From Acidimicrobiia bacterium (lineage in GTDB: Bacteria > Actinomycetota > Acidimicrobiia > Acidimicrobiales > Aldehydirespiratoraceae), in contig JAGWAO010000023.1 of NCBI GenBank assembly GCA_021296315.1, forward strand, positions 19,855 through 83,854: a stretch of DNA of 64,000 nt. The letters run 5' to 3'. Below the pieces are notes generated by a model that was not told the DNA's origin, did not search any database, and saw nothing but the letters and a program-made list of their open reading frames with translations. A program made the position numbers and the translations under genes. This document shows, in pieces, positions 59,205-64,000 of the stretch; position 1 is the stretch's first letter, and every line of letters begins with the position of its first letter.

Positions 59205-61278
59205 TGCCGGCCTCCGGGGGAGCGGCCTCGGCCGCCTCGAACACCAGCAGCGGCGAGCCGTTGTCCACCTGGTCTCCGGGCGCGACCAGCACCTGCGTCA
59301 CGGTGCCGTCGCACGGCGCGCTCACCTGGTGCTCCATCTTCATGCCCTCCATCACCACCAGGGTCTGACCCGCGGCCACCTGCGCGCCGGAGGTGACCCG
59401 CACGTCGATGATCACGCCCGGCATGGGCGCCGCAAACCCGCCCGCGGTCAGGCCGCTGTCGGGCGTCCCGAAGCGGGGCAGCACGGCCACGCTCACCGTC
59501 TCGGAGTCGCCGGTCACGTAGAGCCGGTCGCCGTGGGCGGTGACCGCGTAGCGGATGCGACGGCCGTTCCACTCGACATCGAGCGCATGCGAAGACCAGG
59601 CCGCGACCGTAGCCGGAGCCTCAGTCACGTCCGAAGCCTCGACCACGTCCGAAGCCTCGACCACGTCCGAAGCCTCCACCACGTCCGAAGCCTCCACCAC
59701 GTCCGAAGCCTCCACCACGTCCTCGGCGCACTCGGCCCGAACGACGAAGGAGCCGTCGCGCCGGGGCCAGTACGAAACAACCACTTCGATGGAGCCAGCC
59801 GCGGTCGCCACAGCCAGCTCCACCCGCTCGGGCGGGAGACGGCCGTGGCGCCATCCACTGGGCATCCATGCCAGGGTCCGGGCCTGCTGCCGCTCAGCGG
59901 CCTGGAGCCACATGGCGGCCGCCACCGCGGCCCGCTGACACTCAGCCAGCGAGAGGGCGGCGGCCCGGCTCGGAGCGACCCGCTCGATGAAGTCGGTAGT
60001 GGTGTCGCCCGCCATGAAGGCTTCCGAGCGGAGCGCGGCCACCAAGAAGTGGCGGTTGGTGGTCACTCCGCCGATGTGAAGGCGCTCAAGGGCCAGGGCC
60101 AGGCGTCCGGTCGCTTCGGACCGGGTGGGAGCGTGGGCAATGACTTTGGCCAGCATCGGGTCGAAGTCGAGGCCGACCTCGCTGCCGGCCTCCACACCGC
60201 CGTCCCACCGGACCGCCGGCTCGGCCGGGGGCGAGAAAGCGGCCAGAGTGCCCACCGCGGGCAGGAAGCCGGCCGCGGGATCCTCGGCGTAGAGCCGGGC
60301 CTCGACGGCGTGGCCCGTGAAGACGACATCGGCCTGGCTGTAGCCCAGCGGCTCGCCCGCAGCCACCCGCAGCTGCTCGCGGACCAGGTCGATGCCGGTC
60401 ACCTCCTCGGTTACGGGATGCTCCACCTGCAGGCGGGTGTTGACCTCCAGGAAGAAGAAGTCGCCGGTGTCGTCGTCGAGCAGCAACTCCACCGTGCCGG
60501 CCGAGCAGTAGCCGATCGAGGAGGCCAGCCGCACCGCGGCGTCGCCCATGGCGGCCCGCAGTTCGTCGCCGACCGCGGTCGACGGCGCCTCCTCGATGAT
60601 CTTCTGGTGGCGGCGCTGGATCGAGCACTCCCGCTCGCCGAGGTGGATCACGTTGCCGTGGGTGTCGCCCAGGATCTGGACCTCCACATGGCGGCAGCTC
60701 TGCAGGTAGCGCTCAAGGAACACGGTGTCGTCGCCGAAGCCGCCCAGAGCTTCGCGCCGGGCTGCGGCCACGGCTTCGGGCAACTCGGCGGGATCCGACA
60801 CCAGGCGCATGCCCTTGCCACCTCCGCCCGCGGCCGCCTTGACCATGAGCGGGAAGCCGGCATCGCCCGCTTCGGCGGGATCCTCCGAGGAAGGCAGCGT
60901 CGGCACGCCCGCGGCCGCGGCCGCAGCCTTGGCCGCCAGCTTGTCGCCCATGGTCTCGATGGCATGCGGGTCGGGGCCGACCCACACCAGGCCGGCAGCG
61001 GTCACCGCCCGGGCGAAGCCGGCATTCTCGGCCAGGAAGCCGTAGCCGGGATGCACCGCGTCTGCCCCGGCCCCGACCGCGGCAGCCACCACGGCGTCGC
61101 CGTCGAGGTAGCCGCCGGGCAGGCGCACAGCCACATCGGCCTCGGCCACGAACGGCGCCCCGGCGTCGGCGTCGGCGAACACGGCCACGCAGCGCATGCC
61201 CATGGCCCTCGCGGTGCGGAACACCCGTCGGGTGATCTCGCCCCGGTTGGCCACCAGCAGCGTGCTGATGGCCCTCAC
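59197..61278 (-). CDS. Biotin-dependent acyl-CoA carboxylase alpha subunit (biotin carboxylase, BT and BCCP domains; AtuF/MccA-like)
   Basis: ISTLLVANRGEITRRV, ATP-grasp GGGGKGMR, and C-terminal biotinylation motif MEGMKMEH. The start is GTG 61278 (or 61287). Confidence 0.9.
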   Translation of the reverse strand: MRAISTLLVANRGEITRRVFRTARAMGMRCVAVFADADAGAPFVAEADVAVRLPGGYLDGDAVVAAAVGAGADAVHPGYGFLAENAGFARAVTAAGLVWVGPDPHAIETMGDKLAAKAAAAAAGVPTLPSSEDPAEAGDAGFPLMVKAAAGGGGKGMRLVSDPAELPEAVAAARREALGGFGDDTVFLERYLQSCRHVEVQILGDTHGNVIHLGERECSIQRRHQKIIEEAPSTAVGDELRAAMGDAAVRLASSIGYCSAGTVELLLDDDTGDFFFLEVNTRLQVEHPVTEEVTGIDLVREQLRVAAGEPLGYSQADVVFTGHAVEARLYAEDPAAGFLPAVGTLAAFSPPAEPAVRWDGGVEAGSEVGLDFDPMLAKVIAHAPTRSEATGRLALALERLHIGGVTTNRHFLVAALRSEAFMAGDTTTDFIERVAPSRAAALSLAECQRAAVAAAMWLQAAERQQARTLAWMPSGWRHGRLPPERVELAVATAAGSIEVVVSYWPRRDGSFVVRAECAEDVVEASDVVEASDVVEASDVVEASDVVEASDVTEAPATVAAWSSHALDVEWNGRRIRYAVTAHGDRLYVTGDSETVSVAVLPRFGTPDSGLTAGGFAAPMPGVIIDVRVTSGAQVAAGQTLVVMEGMKMEHQVSAPCDGTVTQVLVAPGDQVDNGSPLLVFEAAEAAPPEAGSG
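59626..59731. repeat. 18-bp tandem repeat (5 full units plus a partial unit) inside the carboxylase alpha coding sequence
   Basis: On the plus strand, CACGTCCGAAGCCTC(G/C)AC occurs five times. It encodes (VVEASD)5 in frame. Two G-variant and three C-variant units are present. Confidence 0.9.
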
Positions 61279-61305
61279 AGCCGGCACCGCCTCATCGTTC
61301 CACCG

Positions 61306-61352
61306 GAATTGGCAGCACAACGCTCGCTGAGCGTGCACAACGCTGCCAATTC
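61306..61352. repeat. REP-like hairpin, GAAYTGGCAGC family, copy 3
   Basis: GAATTGGCAGC, a 25-nt loop (with inner hairpin ACGCTC-GCT-GAGCGT), then GCTGCCAATTC. Confidence 0.75.
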
Positions 61353-61376
61353 ACCCAGAGCCCGAACCCCCCTCGC

Positions 61377-61423
61377 GAACTGGCAGCACAATGCTCGCTA
61401 TGCGTGCACCACGCTGCCAATTC
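61377..61423. repeat. REP-like hairpin, GAAYTGGCAGC family, copy 4
   Basis: GAACTGGCAGC, a 25-nt loop, then GCTGCCAATTC. There is one C-A mismatch, which is G-U on the other strand. Confidence 0.7.
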
Positions 61424-61449
61424 GCCACGATGGCGAGCAATCGAGCGGC

Positions 61450-63144
61450 TCACAGCCTGAACACCCCGTAGCCCTCGGCGCCGGCGATGGGCGTGTTGCC
61501 CACGACCGACAGGCACATGCCCAGCACGGCGCGGGTGTCGCGGGGGTCGATGATGCCGTCGTCGCTTATGGCGCCGGTGGCCCGCAAGGCCAGCGAGCCG
61601 CGCTCCTGGATAGCCTCGGCCTGGGCCACGATCCGGGCGTCCTCGTCCTCGTCGAAGGGCTCGCCCTTGCGGGCGGCCCGCGCCCGGCGCACCTGCGACA
61701 TCACCCCGGCGATCTGCTTGGGGCCCATCACCGCGATCTTGGCCGAGGGCCACAGCCAGGTGAAGCGGTTGCCGAAGGCCCGACCCGACATTCCGTATGT
61801 GCCCGCCCCGTAGGACGACCCGATGATCACGGTGAGGTGGGGGACCGTGGAGTTGGTCACCGCGTTGATCATCTGGGACCCCTTCTTGACCATGCCGTCG
61901 GCCTCGTAGTCCCGCCCCACCATGTAGCCGGTGATGTTCTGGAGGAAGACCAGCGGAACGTCGATCTGGTTGCAGAGCTGGATGAAGGTGGCGGCCTTCT
62001 GGGACGAGTCGGGGTAGAGCACGCCGTTGTTGGCCAGAATCCCCACCGGATAGCCGCAGATCGAGGCCCAGCCGCACACCAGCGTGGTGCCGTAGCGGGC
62101 CTTGTACTCCTCGAAGCGGGATCCGTCCACCACCCGGGCGATCACCTCACGCATGTCGAAGGGCTGGCGCAGGTCCCGGCTCACCAGTCCGAGCAGCTCC
62201 TCGGGATCGTGAACCGGCTCATCCGCGGCCATGGTGGGGCCGGGATGGGGCTTCCGCAGATTGAGGTGGGACACCACCTCGCGACACATGCGGATGGCGT
62301 CCATCTCGTCCACCGCGAAGTAGTCGCCCAGACCGGAGACCTCGGCGTGGAGGCGGGCGCCGCCCAGGGTCTCGTCGTCTGACTCCTCGCCGGTGGCCAT
62401 CTTCACCAGCGGCGGTCCGGCCAGGAAGATCTTGGACTGGTCGGCCACCACGATGTTGTAGTCGGACAGGCCCGGCTGGTAGGCGCCTCCCGCAGTGGAC
62501 GACCCGAACACCACGCACACCGTGGGTATGCGCATCTTGGACAGCTCGATCATCTCGTAGAAGAACCGGCCCGACTCCGCGAAGTGAGTGGTCTGGACCC
62601 GGCTGCTGCCCCCGCCGGTGAACTGCGAGCCGCCGCCGTCGCTGCCCCCGAGGCGCAGGTCGGCGCCGGCCGACTCGACGAAGCTGACATACGGAATGTG
62701 GTTGTCTCGGGCGATCTCCAGGGCCCGCATCCACTTCTTGCTGGCGTACGGGGTGAGGGCGCCAGCCAGGACGCTGGGGTCGTTGCCCATGATCACGCAC
62801 TCGGTGCCGCCGATCACGCCGACGCCCACCACCATCCCGCCGCCCATGGTGTAGTCGGAGTGGTACGCGGCCAGCGCGCTGATCTCCAGGAACGGGCTGT
62901 TGGGGTCGATCACATTGGCGATGCGCTCCCGAATCGGCAGCTTGCCCCGCGACCGGAGTCGCTCCATCGCGGCAGGCCCGCCACCAGCCTCCGCCTCGTC
63001 GAGCAGGTCCTCGATCTCGGCGAGCTGCTCGACCATGTCGTCGCGGTTCTGAACGAAGGCCCCGCTGCGGGCGTCGACCGCGGTCGGCAGCGCGGGTGCG
63101 AGCAGACGGGACAGGCTGGCAGGGCCGCCAGCGTCGATCTTCAC
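61450..63144 (-). CDS. Acyl-CoA carboxylase carboxyltransferase (beta) subunit (AtuC/MccB-like)
   Basis: RGKLPIRERI, GGGMVVGVGVIGGTECVIMGNDPSV, and the second CT domain with GGAYQPG. The start is taken as GTG 63144. The longer ORF N-terminus is Arg/Pro-rich and unlike the family. Confidence 0.85.
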   Translation of the reverse strand: MKIDAGGPASLSRLLAPALPTAVDARSGAFVQNRDDMVEQLAEIEDLLDEAEAGGGPAAMERLRSRGKLPIRERIANVIDPNSPFLEISALAAYHSDYTMGGGMVVGVGVIGGTECVIMGNDPSVLAGALTPYASKKWMRALEIARDNHIPYVSFVESAGADLRLGGSDGGGSQFTGGGSSRVQTTHFAESGRFFYEMIELSKMRIPTVCVVFGSSTAGGAYQPGLSDYNIVVADQSKIFLAGPPLVKMATGEESDDETLGGARLHAEVSGLGDYFAVDEMDAIRMCREVVSHLNLRKPHPGPTMAADEPVHDPEELLGLVSRDLRQPFDMREVIARVVDGSRFEEYKARYGTTLVCGWASICGYPVGILANNGVLYPDSSQKAATFIQLCNQIDVPLVFLQNITGYMVGRDYEADGMVKKGSQMINAVTNSTVPHLTVIIGSSYGAGTYGMSGRAFGNRFTWLWPSAKIAVMGPKQIAGVMSQVRRARAARKGEPFDEDEDARIVAQAEAIQERGSLALRATGAISDDGIIDPRDTRAVLGMCLSVVGNTPIAGAEGYGVFRL

Positions 63145-63255
63145 CGCGCCGACACTACCGCCGCCCGCTTGTCGGACCGGCCCCGCGTCCGCGTGCAGCC
63201 GCGGCAGCAACCGGGCCACGCCTCCCGAGAGTGAGGGCGCGGCCGCGTCCGTGCG

Positions 63256-63966
63256 ATGATGGGCGCCATGACTGACACCGTCGATACCAGCGTGGTGGAC
63301 TTCCACTTCGACGTGCTCTGCCCGTGGGCCTACCAGACGTCGAGATGGATCCGGGACGTCCGCAGCCAGAACGGGCTGGAGATCAACTGGCGCTTCTTCA
63401 GCCTGGAGGAGATCAACCGCTTCGAGGGCAAGAAGCACCCTTGGGAGCGGCCCTGGTCCTACGGCTGGTCGCTGATGCGCATCGGCGCGGTGCTGCGACA
63501 CCGGAGCATGGACCAGCTCGACGCCTGGTACGAGCGCTCGGGCCGGGCCCTGCACGAGGAGGGGCTACGGGTTCACGAGCCCGACGTGGCCCGGGCGCTG
63601 CTCGGAGAGATCGGTCTCGATCCCGCCACCGTGGACGAGGCCCTAGAGGACACCACCACCCACGACGCGGTCAAGGCCGAGCACGACCGGGTAGTGGCCG
63701 CGGGCGGCTTCGGAGTGCCGACGCTGTTCTTCGGCGACCAGGCCCTGTTCGGACCGGTGCTGATCGACCCGCCGTTCGGGGACGAGGCCCTGCGGCTGTG
63801 GGACGCGCTGACGGCATGGCTGGAGTTCCCCCACCTCTACGAGATCCAGCGGCCCAAGTCCCGCGACGACGAGAACGTCATCGCCGACACCTTCCGCCCC
63901 TACATCGAGGCCCGTGACTGGGTGAGCATCAACCGGGGCGAGGTCATCACCTTCGACCGCTCGTAG
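63256..63966 (+). CDS. DsbA-like thioredoxin-fold protein (single-Cys CPWA motif)
   Basis: [19 protein letters not shown]-terminus and later [10 protein letters not shown] are typical of the DsbA / HCCA-isomerase-like family. Alternative ATGs lie at 63259 and 63268. Confidence 0.65.
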   Translation: MMGAMTDTVDTSVVDFHFDVLCPWAYQTSRWIRDVRSQNGLEINWRFFSLEEINRFEGKKHPWERPWSYGWSLMRIGAVLRHRSMDQLDAWYERSGRALHEEGLRVHEPDVARALLGEIGLDPATVDEALEDTTTHDAVKAEHDRVVAAGGFGVPTLFFGDQALFGPVLIDPPFGDEALRLWDALTAWLEFPHLYEIQRPKSRDDENVIADTFRPYIEARDWVSINRGEVITFDRS

Positions 63967-64000
63967 CTGCCCGAGCACCGCAACGCCGCCAGCCCACGGC

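Noticed and set aside
59626-59731. Regular 18-bp repeats considered as a possible CRISPR array
   Set aside because: The units are directly adjacent with no spacers, and they are far shorter than CRISPR repeats. They sit in frame within a conserved enzyme gene, and no cas genes are present.
59179-62382. 1067-aa plus-strand ORF
   Set aside because: It is entirely antisense to the carboxylase alpha and beta genes, which have strong family motifs. The composition is typical of a GC-rich shadow frame.
61450-63555. Extended 701-aa version of the carboxyltransferase ORF
   Set aside because: The extra ~135 N-terminal codons are Arg/Pro/Ala-rich, unlike carboxyltransferases. They would also overlap the divergent DsbA-like gene promoter region. 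Family homology begins shortly after GTG 63144.

Overview
High-GC, actinobacterial-type chromosomal segment. G+C is roughly two-thirds by eye, and any finer taxonomic placement is inference only. The left half holds the conserved actinobacterial core order: polA, rpsA, coaE, uvrB, then uvrA, uvrC, rapZ, gap, pgk, tpiA, secG. Two insertions interrupt it. One is a small lower-GC islet (hypothetical, DUF222-HNH endonuclease, repeat protein, PP2C phosphatase). The other is an SDR-hyuA-hyuB-FAD oxidoreductase module. The right half (about 29-64 kb) is accessory metabolism. It contains two type II TA pairs, methyltransferases, two PhyH dioxygenases, several F420/PPOX-type enzymes, an arylsulfatase, a DddL-like cupin, amidohydrolases and a His-rich lipoprotein. 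It also has a roughly 10 kb minus-strand operon for an Atu/Liu-like acyl-CoA carboxylase pathway. No rRNA, CRISPR array, integrase or transposase gene was seen.

The most interesting signals are these:
- A GAGCG-rich MITE/MIRU-like element of about 137-192 bp occurs in five copies, and its arms co-vary within each copy. One copy sits in frame inside hyuB, one supplies the C-terminus and stop codon of a gene, and one supplies the uvrB Shine-Dalgarno.
- A CMD/AhpD-like gene has a single in-frame TGA exactly at the second Cys of its CxxC motif, followed by a SECIS-like hairpin. It is a selenoprotein candidate.
- A tRNA-Leu(GAG) has a non-pairing 3' end and abuts a 5'-truncated otnK gene, which looks like a recombination scar.
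- Two more REP-like hairpin families show compensatory stem changes, and a separate 131-bp TIR element is present.
- Many genes are broken or oddly bounded: polA, vapC, a Rieske oxygenase, an ldh2 fragment, otnK, hyuA without a stop, and coaE without a canonical start. Raw-read verification is needed before interpreting these biologically.
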